Below, piece by piece: positions 49,835-60,093 of a stretch of DNA of 64,000 nt. Below the pieces are notes generated by a model. The model worked only from the letters and a program-made list of their open reading frames with translations, did no database searches and was not told the origin of the DNA. The DNA is taken from positions 51,698 to 115,697 of the forward strand of contig JAPLXZ010000016.1 of assembly GCA_026395815.1 (NCBI GenBank), given 5' to 3'. Each line of letters begins with the position of its first letter. Positions within the stretch are counted from its first letter, which is position 1. The translations under genes and the position numbers were made by a program. The stretch is from Candidatus Pacearchaeota archaeon (lineage in GTDB: Archaea > Nanobdellota > Nanobdellia > Pacearchaeales > GW2011-AR1).

Positions 49835-50179
49835 ATGAAAGGGGTAAAAAAGATGGGTATGAAATCTAAATTTAAAGGAGTTCTTAAAGACTTCAATGAA
49901 TTTTTAAGGGAATATAAGATAATTCCATTAGCAATTGCGTTCATTATCGGTATGGCGGCAGTTGCTTTGGTTCAATCAGTAGTTAACAATTTGCTTATGC
50001 CTATATTAACTCCGTTTATTCCAGGAGGAGGTTGGCAAACATCGCAATTAAAACTCGGCCCAATATACTTGGGGTGGGGAGCTTTGTTAGCAGCAATAAT
50101 CAATTTTGTAATAATAGCCTTTGTAGTTTTCTTAATTGCAAAATTTCTTTTAAAAGAAGCGAAAGTTAGCAAGAAGTAA
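49835..50179 (+). CDS. mscL: large-conductance mechanosensitive channel
   Basis: FNEFLREYKIIPLAIAFIIGMAAVALVQSVVNNLLMPIL matches MscL TM1 and the N-terminal helix; two TM segments and a charged C-terminus. Confidence 0.75.
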   Translation: MKGVKKMGMKSKFKGVLKDFNEFLREYKIIPLAIAFIIGMAAVALVQSVVNNLLMPILTPFIPGGGWQTSQLKLGPIYLGWGALLAAIINFVIIAFVVFLIAKFLLKEAKVSKK

Positions 50180-50222
50180 TCTTATATGACTTAGTAAGAT
50201 TCTTTTATTTTTACTTAGTTGG

Positions 50223-51185
50223 TTATATATTGCAACTATACTTTATTATCTTTCTTATAATTTGCTCACGAGTCATACCTGCTTTTTCTACTGCTGCAAT
50301 AAAACCTGCATCAGGAGAAATGCATGGATTTGAATTTATCTCCAAGACATAAGGAATTCCTTGCTCAGAAACTCTGAAGTCAACTCTTGCATACCCTCTT
50401 AAATCAAAAAGATTCCAGCAACTTTTACAGATAGATTCAAGATTTTTAATTAAATTCTGGTCTTCTTCTAAAAAATCAAAATTCCTTACTGTAGCAGAAT
50501 ATTCATGAGCATTTGGATTCCATTTTGCATCATAATCAACTATTTTTAATTTTCCTTCTTTCCAATCTTTAAATTGCATTTCAGCTATAGGCAGAACGAT
50601 TCCTTTAGAAATAAGGCCTATAATTGAGATATTAAATTCCCTTCCTTCAATATATTCTTCTGCAAAGAAATCAATACCTCTTGATTTAAGAGCCCTTTCT
50701 ACTGAGTCTTTATCCTGATAAAGAGTTGCTTCAAGACCCCTGGAAGCGTGGTCTGTTGCAGATTTAAGAAGAAATTTTCTTCCTTGAAGTTCTTCTTTAG
50801 ATAAATCTCCTAATGTTAGAAAATAAGGTGTTGTGATCCCATTTTCATTTAAAATATTTTTTGCTGAAATTTTATTAGCTGTTTTTACAAAAGCACTCTT
50901 TGTACATCCGGTGTATGGAACACCTTCTTGTTCAAAAACTTCTGGAGCAAGATAGCTTAAAGATTCTTTTCCATTAATAGCTTCGACAAGATTAAAAACA
51001 AATACAGGGCTTATTCTCTTGATTTCTTCTCTTGCTCTTTCTATATTGAAGGACCTTAAAATCGGTTCATAACTCATCTTAGATAGTATTTCTGAGACAA
51101 ATTTAGCTTCTTCAAGAACATCTAAATCGTCTGGAGTTGCTGTTTTAGGATCAATATCTGTGTGATAAATAATCAATTTTTCCAT
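50223..51185 (-). CDS. D-alanine--D-alanine ligase-like ATP-grasp enzyme
   Basis: C-terminal GYARVDFR...IPYVLEINSNP matches the Ddl signature. Confidence 0.7.
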   Translation of the reverse strand: MEKLIIYHTDIDPKTATPDDLDVLEEAKFVSEILSKMSYEPILRSFNIERAREEIKRISPVFVFNLVEAINGKESLSYLAPEVFEQEGVPYTGCTKSAFVKTANKISAKNILNENGITTPYFLTLGDLSKEELQGRKFLLKSATDHASRGLEATLYQDKDSVERALKSRGIDFFAEEYIEGREFNISIIGLISKGIVLPIAEMQFKDWKEGKLKIVDYDAKWNPNAHEYSATVRNFDFLEEDQNLIKNLESICKSCWNLFDLRGYARVDFRVSEQGIPYVLEINSNPCISPDAGFIAAVEKAGMTREQIIRKIIKYSCNI

Positions 51186-51278
51186 TAAAGTTATTTTAAA
51201 TCAAGATTTAAAAGATTTTGCAAACACTTCAATTACTGTTGAAGCCTTCGCTGTATTTATAAATAAGTTTTTCTTAAG

Positions 51279-53783
51279 TTGTTTATGGATGATAAATTTA
51301 TACTGATGAACTTAAATGACGAAAGGTCAAAGCACGTCGCTGAAATATTGGCTAATAAAACATGCAAAAAAATAATTGATTATTTAGCAGAAACAAAAGA
51401 AGCGAGCGAAAAAGATGTTTCTGATGCTCTTAAAATGCCAATAAATACTGTTGAATATAATCTAAAAAAATTATTGAAATCAGGACTTGTTGAAAAAACT
51501 AAGAATTTTTTCTGGAGCAAAAAAGGAAAAAAGATTCCTATGTATAAACTCGCAAAAAAACATATTGTCATAAGCCCTTCAAATTCAAAAAAACCAGACA
51601 TGAGCCTATTAAAAACACTAATCCCGGTAATTGTAATATCTGCAGTTATTTTAATGGCTGTACTATTAATGTTTCCTAAGGAAAATGTAATTCAAGGAAA
51701 CAGCAAACTAAAGCAATTTGGTTCTGATGGAGAACTAAGGGAATTCTTAAAATTCAATTCTGAAAATTATGAAATTTATTCTAATAACTTTGTAGGAAGA
51801 AGCGCAACAATGAGTCTAGCAGGAGATGGATTAGCTTTAGAATCTGCTGCTCCAGCTGCTGATACCTCATTGAAAGGTGGAGGAACAAGCGATTATTCAA
51901 CAACAAATATTCAAGTTGAAGGAGTTGACGAAGCAGATATTGTAAAGAATGATGGGGAATACATATATAGTGTTTCAGGAAACAGAGTAATCATAACAAA
52001 AGCATATCCAGCCGAGCAACTTGAAAATATAAGCGAGATTGAATTAGAAGGAATAAATGGAATTTTTGTTAATGGAAACAGATTAATTGTATTTACTAAT
52101 GATTATGGATATGGCGGATGTCTTAAGACTGCGGATGTTGCTGTTAGTTCAGCAGAAGGTGTAGAAAGTTTCGCACCTTGTAGTTATAACTCTGAACCAA
52201 AACTTTCAATTAATATTTATAATATTGAAGACAGAAAAAATCCAACATTGGAGAACAAATTGGATGTTGAAGGGAATTACATTAGCTCAAGAATGATTGA
52301 CAATTATGTTTATGTCATAGGAAACAAGTATGTTGACAATGCCAATCCAACACCACCTATTTATGCTATGAATGGAGTTGAAGCAAATGTAAGAGCAGAA
52401 GATGTTTATTATTGGGATTACCCCGATTACAATTATGTTTTCACAACAATAACTGCATTGAACATTGAAAATGGAAAATACGAAAACAAGGTTTACCTAA
52501 CTGGATACTCAAACACAATTTATGTTTCAGAGAAAAACATTTACTTTACAACAGACAAAAGAGTAGATTACAATTCTTTTGTAAAAGAATATGTTGAAAC
52601 TGTTGCTTTAAAGCTTATTCCTGGAAAAGATGATGAAATAAATAAGATTTTGGATTCTGATTTTCCTGATTATAAAAAGATGAGAGAAATTCAGGAGATT
52701 GTTTATGATTATTCTTATGATTTAAAAGGAAAAGAAAAGGAAGATTTTGACCAAAAACTTATGAAAAGATTAGACGAATTTAACGAAAAAATAAGCAAGG
52801 AAATGGAAAAGACACTTATTCACAAAGTAACAATAGACAAAACCAATATTGAATACACTGCACAAGGAGAAGTTTCAGGATATTTATTGAACCAATATTC
52901 AATGGATGAAAACGATGGAAATCTTAGAGTTGCTGTTACAACAGGAAACTGGGGGGATACAAACTTAAATCACTTATATGTTTTGGATAAAGACTTAAAG
53001 GTAATTGGAAGTCTTGAAGATTTGGCTAAAGGAGAAAGGATCTATTCTGTAAGATTCATGGGAGACAGGGCTTATATGGTTACATTCAAGCAAGTTGATC
53101 CTCTGTTTGTTATTGACTTGAAAAATCCTGAAAGTCCAAAAGTCTTAGGATACTTGAAAGTTACAGGTTATTCCAGTTATTTGCATCCTTATGATGAAAA
53201 TCACATAATTGGAATTGGAAAAGAAGCTGATGAAAACGGAAGAGTGCAAGGATTGAAAATTGCTCTTTTCGATGTTACTGATGTAGAAAATCCTGTTGAG
53301 GAAGCAAAATATGAAGTAGGAGCAGAATGGAGCGATGACTATTATCATTGGATAGATTCAGTTGCATTGTATGAGCCTAAAGCATTTTTATTTGACAAGA
53401 GCAAAGAACTTTTAGTTATTCCTGTAACTTATAATAAAAATAACAAGGAAAATTACAGCCTAATGGAAAGCTTCCAAGGAGCTTATGTTTTCAGTATAAA
53501 TCTAGAAGATGGAATAAAATTAAAAGGAAAAATAGAACACAGCGAAGAGAATACAGAAAATTGGTGGTATTATCCAAATGCAATCCAAAGAAGCCTTTAT
53601 ATGGATAATGTACTGTACACAATTTCAACTGCAAAGATAAAAGCAAATAGTCTAAGTGACTTGTCAGACATAAAAGAAATTGACCTTGGATATGAAGATA
53701 GTTATTATCCTTATCCCTTATACGACAAAGGAATAGGCGTTTCAGGAAGTTCTGGTTCTGAAGTTATTGCAGCTGTTGAATAA
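51279..53783 (+). CDS. winged-helix / TM / extracytoplasmic beta-propeller domain protein
   Basis: N-terminal ArsR-like wHTH, a single TM helix at about aa 115-135, then roughly 680 aa of repetitive beta-rich sequence (COG4880-like architecture). Confidence 0.6.
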   Translation: MFMDDKFILMNLNDERSKHVAEILANKTCKKIIDYLAETKEASEKDVSDALKMPINTVEYNLKKLLKSGLVEKTKNFFWSKKGKKIPMYKLAKKHIVISPSNSKKPDMSLLKTLIPVIVISAVILMAVLLMFPKENVIQGNSKLKQFGSDGELREFLKFNSENYEIYSNNFVGRSATMSLAGDGLALESAAPAADTSLKGGGTSDYSTTNIQVEGVDEADIVKNDGEYIYSVSGNRVIITKAYPAEQLENISEIELEGINGIFVNGNRLIVFTNDYGYGGCLKTADVAVSSAEGVESFAPCSYNSEPKLSINIYNIEDRKNPTLENKLDVEGNYISSRMIDNYVYVIGNKYVDNANPTPPIYAMNGVEANVRAEDVYYWDYPDYNYVFTTITALNIENGKYENKVYLTGYSNTIYVSEKNIYFTTDKRVDYNSFVKEYVETVALKLIPGKDDEINKILDSDFPDYKKMREIQEIVYDYSYDLKGKEKEDFDQKLMKRLDEFNEKISKEMEKTLIHKVTIDKTNIEYTAQGEVSGYLLNQYSMDENDGNLRVAVTTGNWGDTNLNHLYVLDKDLKVIGSLEDLAKGERIYSVRFMGDRAYMVTFKQVDPLFVIDLKNPESPKVLGYLKVTGYSSYLHPYDENHIIGIGKEADENGRVQGLKIALFDVTDVENPVEEAKYEVGAEWSDDYYHWIDSVALYEPKAFLFDKSKELLVIPVTYNKNNKENYSLMESFQGAYVFSINLEDGIKLKGKIEHSEENTENWWYYPNAIQRSLYMDNVLYTISTAKIKANSLSDLSDIKEIDLGYEDSYYPYPLYDKGIGVSGSSGSEVIAAVE

Positions 53784-53838
53784 GTAAAAGAAAAAGATAA
53801 TAAACAAATTTAAAATACTTTAATGTCTAATTAATTGT

Positions 53839-54144
53839 ATGCTCAAAGAAGTAATCGGAGAAATCTTGAATGATTATATGTTTCTAAAGCGTTTATCTCC
53901 AAAAAACGAATTATTAAAATATTTTCTTGTGGAAGGAAATTCATTCAAAAACAATCCTAATACAGAGATTTGTGAAGAGTTTGCTGAAAGATTCAAGGGA
54001 GATTTTCCAACACTAGAAGAATTAAAGAAAAATAAGATAGAAGTAAATTATGAGAAATATTCTTTCCAATTCTCTTTAAACACTCTTGTAAATTACACAG
54101 ATTGTTTAGAAGGAGCAATTCAATTTGCTCTGATGATGAACTAA
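53839..54144 (+). CDS. hypothetical protein
   Basis: 101-aa ORF ending just before repeat copy A. Confidence 0.35.
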   Translation: MLKEVIGEILNDYMFLKRLSPKNELLKYFLVEGNSFKNNPNTEICEEFAERFKGDFPTLEELKKNKIEVNYEKYSFQFSLNTLVNYTDCLEGAIQFALMMN

Positions 54145-54278
54145 CAGCTCGTGGGGGCGTGTTACCTAAGGTTAATAATCTCACATGGTTTTTTCGTTTT
54201 ATCGACGGAAATCCATTTCGTGTTTTTCTCGCTATTTTTGGGGCTTTTTACTGAATTTTGCTGGTTAAACGCTCCCCG
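54145..54278 (+). repeat. about 130-bp repeat element, copy A
   Basis: gctcgtgggggcgtgttacctaaggttaataatctcacatggttttttcg...gctggttaaacgctcccc; about 90% identical to copy B. Confidence 0.8.
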
Positions 54279-54381
54279 CATTTTCCTAAATTTGAGTCGT
54301 TAAGTTAGAGGAAAATGGGTGGCTAAGTGATTCCTAGAGCGAAATAGAAAATTTTATAATCTAACAAAATCTTAAGCTTAT

Positions 54382-54867
54382 ATGAACTATGTATTAACCT
54401 TTGGATATATTGGGCATGAAACTAAGATGGGTGGAAGTTCAACTGCTATAAAAAATGAAAATGAACCTATTATTTCTCTTGAAAAAGTAATAAAAATTTT
54501 TAATATTGATAAAGATCTAAATGTTAAGGTTGATTTTGGTTTAGTTTATCAAGGTAATAAATCAAATAAAAAAGAGATTAATAGTCTTTGGAATGAACTT
54601 GTATCTAAAAAACAACCTTGGAAACCAATAAGGGAGAAATTAAATAAATTATTAGAATTAGGAGAATTATTACTTCCAATAGCTTTTGAAATATTTAATG
54701 AAAAAATTCATATAGAAATAGTGGATGGGGAGCATACCATGTCAGTAGCATCAGAAGATTTAACAAAAATAAGTGAATTAAAGGAGTCATTAGAAAAAGA
54801 ATTGGATAAACGAACAACCCCTTATGGAAATGTCGGGCATCCTAAAATAAATTTAACTAAAAAATAA
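54382..54867 (+). CDS. hypothetical protein (very AT-rich orphan ORF inside the repeat-flanked cassette)
   Basis: 161-aa ORF whose composition is distinct from the neighbours. Confidence 0.45.
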   Translation: MNYVLTFGYIGHETKMGGSSTAIKNENEPIISLEKVIKIFNIDKDLNVKVDFGLVYQGNKSNKKEINSLWNELVSKKQPWKPIREKLNKLLELGELLLPIAFEIFNEKIHIEIVDGEHTMSVASEDLTKISELKESLEKELDKRTTPYGNVGHPKINLTKK

Positions 54868-54982
54868 CTCTTCCAGATAAATTCTTAATGGTTAAACGCT
54901 CCCGAAAGATGGTGCTATAACTCTTATCATATCCTGTGTATCAAAATGTGTTATAAATCATGTAATAAAAAGTATTACACGG

Positions 54983-55110
54983 ATCTCGTTGGGAGCATGT
55001 TACCTAAGGTTAACAATCTCACATGGTTTTTTCGCTTTACCGTCGGAAATCCATTTCACATATTTTTCGCTGTTTTGAGGGCTTTTTACTGAATTTTGCT
55101 AGTTAAACGC
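54983..55110 (+). repeat. about 130-bp repeat element, copy B
   Basis: Aligns along its length with copy A with scattered substitutions. The 3'-end motif ggttaaacgctccc also occurs alone at 54884..54897. Confidence 0.8.
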
Positions 55111-55169
55111 TCCCCGAGAGCGTTATTTTAATGAAAAATGCCAAAGTTCCTAAAAAACATTGATTAAAA

Positions 55170-55250
55170 ACATGAAAAAACCTTATCGTCGAGAAACCAT
55201 TCAATTTACTCGTGAGAACCTTAACCTAAGGTTAATCATCTCGTGAAGGC
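55170..55250 (+). repeat. degenerate and rearranged partial third copy of the repeat element
   Basis: cgtcgagaaaccattcaattt versus cg(a/t)cggaaatccatttc, and ctcgtgagaaccttaacctaaggttaatcatctcgtga versus ctcgtggggg..ttacctaaggttaataatctcaca. Confidence 0.5.
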
Positions 55251-55568
55251 ATTAAATTTAAATAGGAGATTTATTATAAAAAGATAAGGAAAAACATAAC
55301 ATGCCAATAATCATAAATAATCCAAACGGAATGAATCTTCCATTAAAATGACAATTTCTCCTCCAAATATGGTGCCTGCTGGAAGTTTGAATATTCCACT
55401 ATTTGAACCGCCATATGTACTACCGCTAAAGATAGATATGCCAAAATATGAACCACTACCATTACTACCAATCATAAAACTAGACACAGATTTTAAACCA
55501 AAACGTAAAAAACTTCCTTGGGAAAGCGATTGGTAGTTAAATCTTATTTATACTGTTCCTTTACTTTT

Positions 55569-58142
55569 CTACTCAATTCCTTTTATATGCAACTCATGCA
55601 TTCTCTTTAAGAATTTCTGCTTATCTTCTATTCTTATCATGTCAGAATGTCCTTGGATAATTATGCCTAAGGCAAAGGGGGAAGGAAGAGGAGTATCTAC
55701 AATTTTTAATTTAACTCTGCCTTCTTTAATCCAATTTAAAACAAGTTTTGTATTCTCTATATCCATTAAATCTTCCAAAACTTCTCTCCTTGCTTCTCTT
55801 AGAATTGGAAATTCTGAAGATATCTTTTTTACAGCATTCAATAAGAAATGAGATTTCATTTGCTGCTTGCCTACAGATCTTTTCACTCCCTTATAATTTC
55901 TAAGGATCATAAGAGAACGAGTAGCGCAATGCCTGAATCTTCTTGCTAAAACATCGGATTTCTCTATCGCCTCTTTCAAAACCTCTTCTAAATTTTCAGG
56001 CTTTAGAAAATTCATGACTTTTTCCAGATTCATTTTCTCACCACAAATGTAAAAACTGTTGTCATTGATTCCTATTTCAATATCTCTTGTTTCCGATCTT
56101 CCTAGCAAATATCCTATTGCCCTTGACAAAGCATCATTAACTCTTCTGCCGTACATGCTATGAAAAATTAAATAATTTTTCTCTGATTTGTATCTTTCAA
56201 TAAGAAGAGTGTTTGAATCAGGAATTTCCAAATAATGATATTGTTCATAAAAATAGTCATACATTGTTTTTGCAGTGCTTTCATCAACATACAAATATTC
56301 CTGAATAAAGTCTTCTATTTCTTTTTCATTTCTTTTGCCCTTGAACTTTTCATTCATCAAAGTTCTGAATCTATTTATTTCCAAAGCAGAATCAAAACTT
56401 AATGGGAGCATTTCACTAAACCAGGAAGGTATTGTGGGAGACCTGTCAATAGCTGATTTGACATAAACATTCATGCCTCTTGTATAAAGATAAACATATT
56501 TTTTTCCTCCAAGAACAAAAACGTCTCCTTTTTTCATCCTTTCCAAAAATCCCTCGTCAATTGCTCCAATTTGCTCTCCTGCAGGAGCAAGTTTCACTGT
56601 TATAAAAGATTCTTCTGGAATTGTTCCTATATTTGTCAAGTATAAAACACGCGCCATTTTTCCTCTTTTTCCTATTTGGTTTGTTTTATTGTCATACCAT
56701 ATCTTTCCATAAATATTATTTTTTTCTAATGTATATTCTCCTGATAGATAAGAAATTACGTCAAAGAAATCTGCTCTTGGCAATCTAGAGTAGCAATAAC
56801 TCTTTTTTATTAAAGCAAAAAGTTCGTTAACATTCCAAATTTTATAAATTGCCATACCAAAAATCTGCTGGCTTAAAACATCAAGGCAATTTTTTGGAAA
56901 ATAAATTTTATTTATTTTCTTTTCAAGCATTTCTTTTTGGATTATTGAACATTCAACTAAATCATCTCTTTCTAAAACAATAAATCTTCCTTTTGCAGTT
57001 TCATTTAATCTATGCCCTGCTCTTCCTAACCTTTGCAATGCTCTTGCAGAACTTTTTGGAGAGCCAAGCATTATTACTAATCCAATATAGCCAATATCTA
57101 TTCCCAATTCTAAACTAGTGGAACAAACAACAACTTTCAATTTTCCATCCCTTAATCTTTCTTCTATATCAAACCTATGGCTCTTTGAAAGAGAAGAATG
57201 GTGAGCAGCGATTGTATCATCTCCATATTCAGTAGGAAACTTTTCTTTTAGATGATTAACAACTCTTTCGGTTGCAGAACGGGTATTAGTGAATATAAGA
57301 GTTGTTTTGTGTTCTTTTATAAGTGAATCAATTAAATTGTACATAGTTTCTCCAAGATTTTCCTCGTTTATCAAATCTCCAACACTCAAAACTTTAACAT
57401 CTATCTTTTTAACCATCTTAATATCTGCTATGCAAACTTCTCTTTCTTCTTCTATTCCAACAAGGAATTTTGCAACTTCTTCTAATGGAGCAATAGTCGC
57501 ACTAAGCCCTATTTTTACAGGCCAGATGTTGCTAAGTTCATTCAATCTTTCTAAAGTAATACTCAAATATGCACCTCTTTTATTGTCTAAAGCATGAATT
57601 TCATCAACAACACAAAATTCAACTGCCTTAAGATAATCAACGAATTTTTTTGAAGTAAGAAGTATAGCAAGAGATTCAGGAGTTGTTACAAGAATATGGG
57701 GAGAGTTTTTAGCCATTTTGGCTCTTTCTGCTATAGTTGTGTCCCCTGTTCTTAATCCTACTCTTATTTTTTGCAGTTTTACTCCCTTTTTTTCAGCAAG
57801 TTCGTAAATTCCTTCCAATGGCTCTATAAGATTTTTATGAATGTCATTGCTCAAGGCTTTTAGAGGAGAAGTATAAACAGCATAAATTCTATTTTCAAGT
57901 TGATTTTTCTCTGCGAGTATAATTAGATAATTAAGAATTGAAAGAAAAGCAGTTAAGGTTTTTGTTCCTCCTGTAGGAGCAGAAATTAGAATATTTCTTC
58001 TATTCCAGATATTTAAAACCCCATATTTTTGCGGAGGGGAAAAATCTTGGAATTTTGAAAAAAACCATTCGCTAACTAAAGGATGCAAAACTTTCTTTAT
58101 TTCAGAGTCTTCAAACTCCTTGGCAAGAGATATTTGTGTCAT
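55569..58142 (-). CDS. lhr: Lhr-like large ATP-dependent helicase (superfamily 2)
   Basis: Walker A APTGGTKTL, DEIH box VVDEIHAL, motif VI QRLGRAGHR, and a long C-terminal Lhr-type extension; 857 aa. Confidence 0.85.
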   Translation of the reverse strand: MTQISLAKEFEDSEIKKVLHPLVSEWFFSKFQDFSPPQKYGVLNIWNRRNILISAPTGGTKTLTAFLSILNYLIILAEKNQLENRIYAVYTSPLKALSNDIHKNLIEPLEGIYELAEKKGVKLQKIRVGLRTGDTTIAERAKMAKNSPHILVTTPESLAILLTSKKFVDYLKAVEFCVVDEIHALDNKRGAYLSITLERLNELSNIWPVKIGLSATIAPLEEVAKFLVGIEEEREVCIADIKMVKKIDVKVLSVGDLINEENLGETMYNLIDSLIKEHKTTLIFTNTRSATERVVNHLKEKFPTEYGDDTIAAHHSSLSKSHRFDIEERLRDGKLKVVVCSTSLELGIDIGYIGLVIMLGSPKSSARALQRLGRAGHRLNETAKGRFIVLERDDLVECSIIQKEMLEKKINKIYFPKNCLDVLSQQIFGMAIYKIWNVNELFALIKKSYCYSRLPRADFFDVISYLSGEYTLEKNNIYGKIWYDNKTNQIGKRGKMARVLYLTNIGTIPEESFITVKLAPAGEQIGAIDEGFLERMKKGDVFVLGGKKYVYLYTRGMNVYVKSAIDRSPTIPSWFSEMLPLSFDSALEINRFRTLMNEKFKGKRNEKEIEDFIQEYLYVDESTAKTMYDYFYEQYHYLEIPDSNTLLIERYKSEKNYLIFHSMYGRRVNDALSRAIGYLLGRSETRDIEIGINDNSFYICGEKMNLEKVMNFLKPENLEEVLKEAIEKSDVLARRFRHCATRSLMILRNYKGVKRSVGKQQMKSHFLLNAVKKISSEFPILREARREVLEDLMDIENTKLVLNWIKEGRVKLKIVDTPLPSPFALGIIIQGHSDMIRIEDKQKFLKRMHELHIKGIE

Positions 58143-58239
58143 GATTATAAAAATCTCCTTCGGATAGATAAACCTTCGGTTTTTAAAATGTATTGTTAAT
58201 TATACAAAATAATTTAAAGGAAAAAATATATTTTTAATT

Positions 58240-58521
58240 ATGTTATCTATGAATGATAGTGAGTATGAAGTATTAAAAAAATATAGGTCTGGTGCAATTT
58301 TAGATACCAAGGATAGATATATTGTTGATGAATTAACAAGCACTGGCTTTATGACTACTGGGTTTAGAGATTCAGAAAAAAAAGAAAGTGGTTTAAAAGA
58401 AAAAACAATAGTTGAAGAAATTGCTGGTTTGAGCAAGTTGGGAATAGGATTGTATAGGTGGGAAAGCATAAAAAGAAGCCTTATTAGAAAACGGTTTCAT
58501 AACTTTATTCATAGCATCTAA
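58240..58521 (+). CDS. hypothetical protein
   Basis: 93-aa ORF. Confidence 0.3.
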   Translation: MLSMNDSEYEVLKKYRSGAILDTKDRYIVDELTSTGFMTTGFRDSEKKESGLKEKTIVEEIAGLSKLGIGLYRWESIKRSLIRKRFHNFIHSI

Positions 58522-58583
58522 ATTATATTTTTAATGTATGAGTGATACCAAACCTTTATAAACATATATGAAATAGGTTTCAT

Positions 58584-58940
58584 ATGAATAAATGCACATG
58601 TAACCTAAACCCTTATCTGAATCATTATAGCTATCATATATTCTTTACAAATCTTGCCAATGAATTAAAGATCGGCATAATCTTAAGTCTTCGAAAAAAA
58701 GAGAAGAACGTTACAGAGATTGTAAAAGACTTAAAGGTTGAACAAAGCAAGATTTCTCATGCTCTTATATCTTTAAAAAAATGCAACATTGTAAATGTGA
58801 AGCAAAAAGGAAAAAAGAGAATTTATTTCCTGAATAAAGATACAATTGTTCCTATCTTAGAACTTATAGACAAGCACGCATTTACTCATTGCAAAAATAA
58901 ATGTTGTGTAAAAGAGAATAATAAAGAAAAATCAAAATGA
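58584..58940 (+). CDS. ArsR-like winged-helix transcriptional regulator
   Basis: HTH-like segment TEIVKDLKVEQSKISHALISLKK plus a wing ...KGKKRIYFL. It overlaps the iscS start and is probably co-transcribed. Confidence 0.5.
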   Translation: MNKCTCNLNPYLNHYSYHIFFTNLANELKIGIILSLRKKEKNVTEIVKDLKVEQSKISHALISLKKCNIVNVKQKGKKRIYFLNKDTIVPILELIDKHAFTHCKNKCCVKENNKEKSK

Positions 58941-60079
58941 AACAAATATATCTGGATAATGCCGCTACAACAAAAGTAGATGAAGAAGTTTTGAGAACAA
59001 TGCTTCCTTATTTTAATGAGAAATATGGAAATGCTTCTTCAACTCATTTTAAAGGACAAGAAGCTAAAGCGGCTTTGGAAAAAAGCAGAAAAATCATTGC
59101 AAATGCAATAGGAGCAAGAAGCCATGAGATTATTTTCACTTCTGGAGGAACAGAATCAAATAATTTTGCAATAAAGGGCTTATTTTTCTCTAATTATCCT
59201 CAAAAAAATCATATTATAACAACAAAGATAGAACACGATTGCGTATTGAACACTTGCAAATGGCTTGAAAGTCAAGGAGCGAGAGTCACTTATTTAGATG
59301 TCGATTCAAACGGATTCATCAGTTTAGAAGAATTTGAAAAAGCTATAACAAACAAAACAATGTTAGTTTCAGTCATTCATGGAAATAATGAAATAGGAAC
59401 AATTCAAAACTTAGAAGCAATCGGAAAGATATGCAGAAAAAGAGGAATTTTCCTTCATACTGATGCTTGCCAAAGCTTCACAAAAACCCTATTGAATGTA
59501 AAAAAACAGAATCTTGACTTAGTGACCTTGAATGCTCATAAGATTCACGGGCCAAAAGGAGTTGGAGCATTATACATAAGAGATGGAATTAAAATCACTC
59601 CAATAAGTCATGGCGGCGGACATGAAAGGAAATTAAGAAGCGGAACAGAAAACATTCCTGGAATTGTCGGATTTGCAAAAGCAGTTGAAGTTGCTAATAG
59701 AAAAGACATTGAAAAAATGACCAAATTAAGAGACAGAATAATAGATAGCATATTAAAGATTCCAAATACAAAATTAAACGGAGCAAAAGAAAAAAGACTT
59801 TGCAACAATGTTAACATTTCTTTCAGCAATATTGAAGGCGAGGCTATTGGGGGTTATTTGGAAAATTATGGAATCTGCACATCTACAGGAAGTGCATGTT
59901 CATCACACTCATTAGAAACTAGTCATGTTTTGAAGGCTATTGGTTTAACACCAATACAATCTAACAGTTCATTAAGAATAACAATTAGCAAATACACGAC
60001 TGATGAAGAAATAGACTATTTCCTTGAAATGCTTTCAAGAATAGTAGAAAAATTGAGAAGGATAAGCCCAATAAAATAG
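58937..60079 (+). CDS. iscS: cysteine desulfurase
   Basis: HKIHGPKGVGALYIR contains the PLP lysine, and the SGT...CSS loop holds the catalytic Cys. Confidence 0.9.
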   Translation: MKQIYLDNAATTKVDEEVLRTMLPYFNEKYGNASSTHFKGQEAKAALEKSRKIIANAIGARSHEIIFTSGGTESNNFAIKGLFFSNYPQKNHIITTKIEHDCVLNTCKWLESQGARVTYLDVDSNGFISLEEFEKAITNKTMLVSVIHGNNEIGTIQNLEAIGKICRKRGIFLHTDACQSFTKTLLNVKKQNLDLVTLNAHKIHGPKGVGALYIRDGIKITPISHGGGHERKLRSGTENIPGIVGFAKAVEVANRKDIEKMTKLRDRIIDSILKIPNTKLNGAKEKRLCNNVNISFSNIEGEAIGGYLENYGICTSTGSACSSHSLETSHVLKAIGLTPIQSNSSLRITISKYTTDEEIDYFLEMLSRIVEKLRRISPIK

Positions 60080-60093
60080 AGGAGAAAAATAAC

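Noticed and set aside
43329-50262. The 10-mer tgctcacgag at both 43330 and 50251, as a possible repeat family
   Set aside because: The second occurrence is inside the coding sequence of the Ddl-like gene and similarity does not extend beyond the 10-mer, so it is probably chance.
54145-55250. Possible CRISPR array suggested by the repeated elements
   Set aside because: The repeat units are about 130 bp, not 25-40 bp. There are only 2.5 copies, the spacing is about 840 bp, and there are no cas genes, so this is not CRISPR-like.
55348-55536. 62-aa ORF between the repeat region and lhr
   Set aside because: It overlaps the degenerate repeat copy, has Pro-rich low-complexity sequence and has no Shine-Dalgarno site, so it is probably non-coding.
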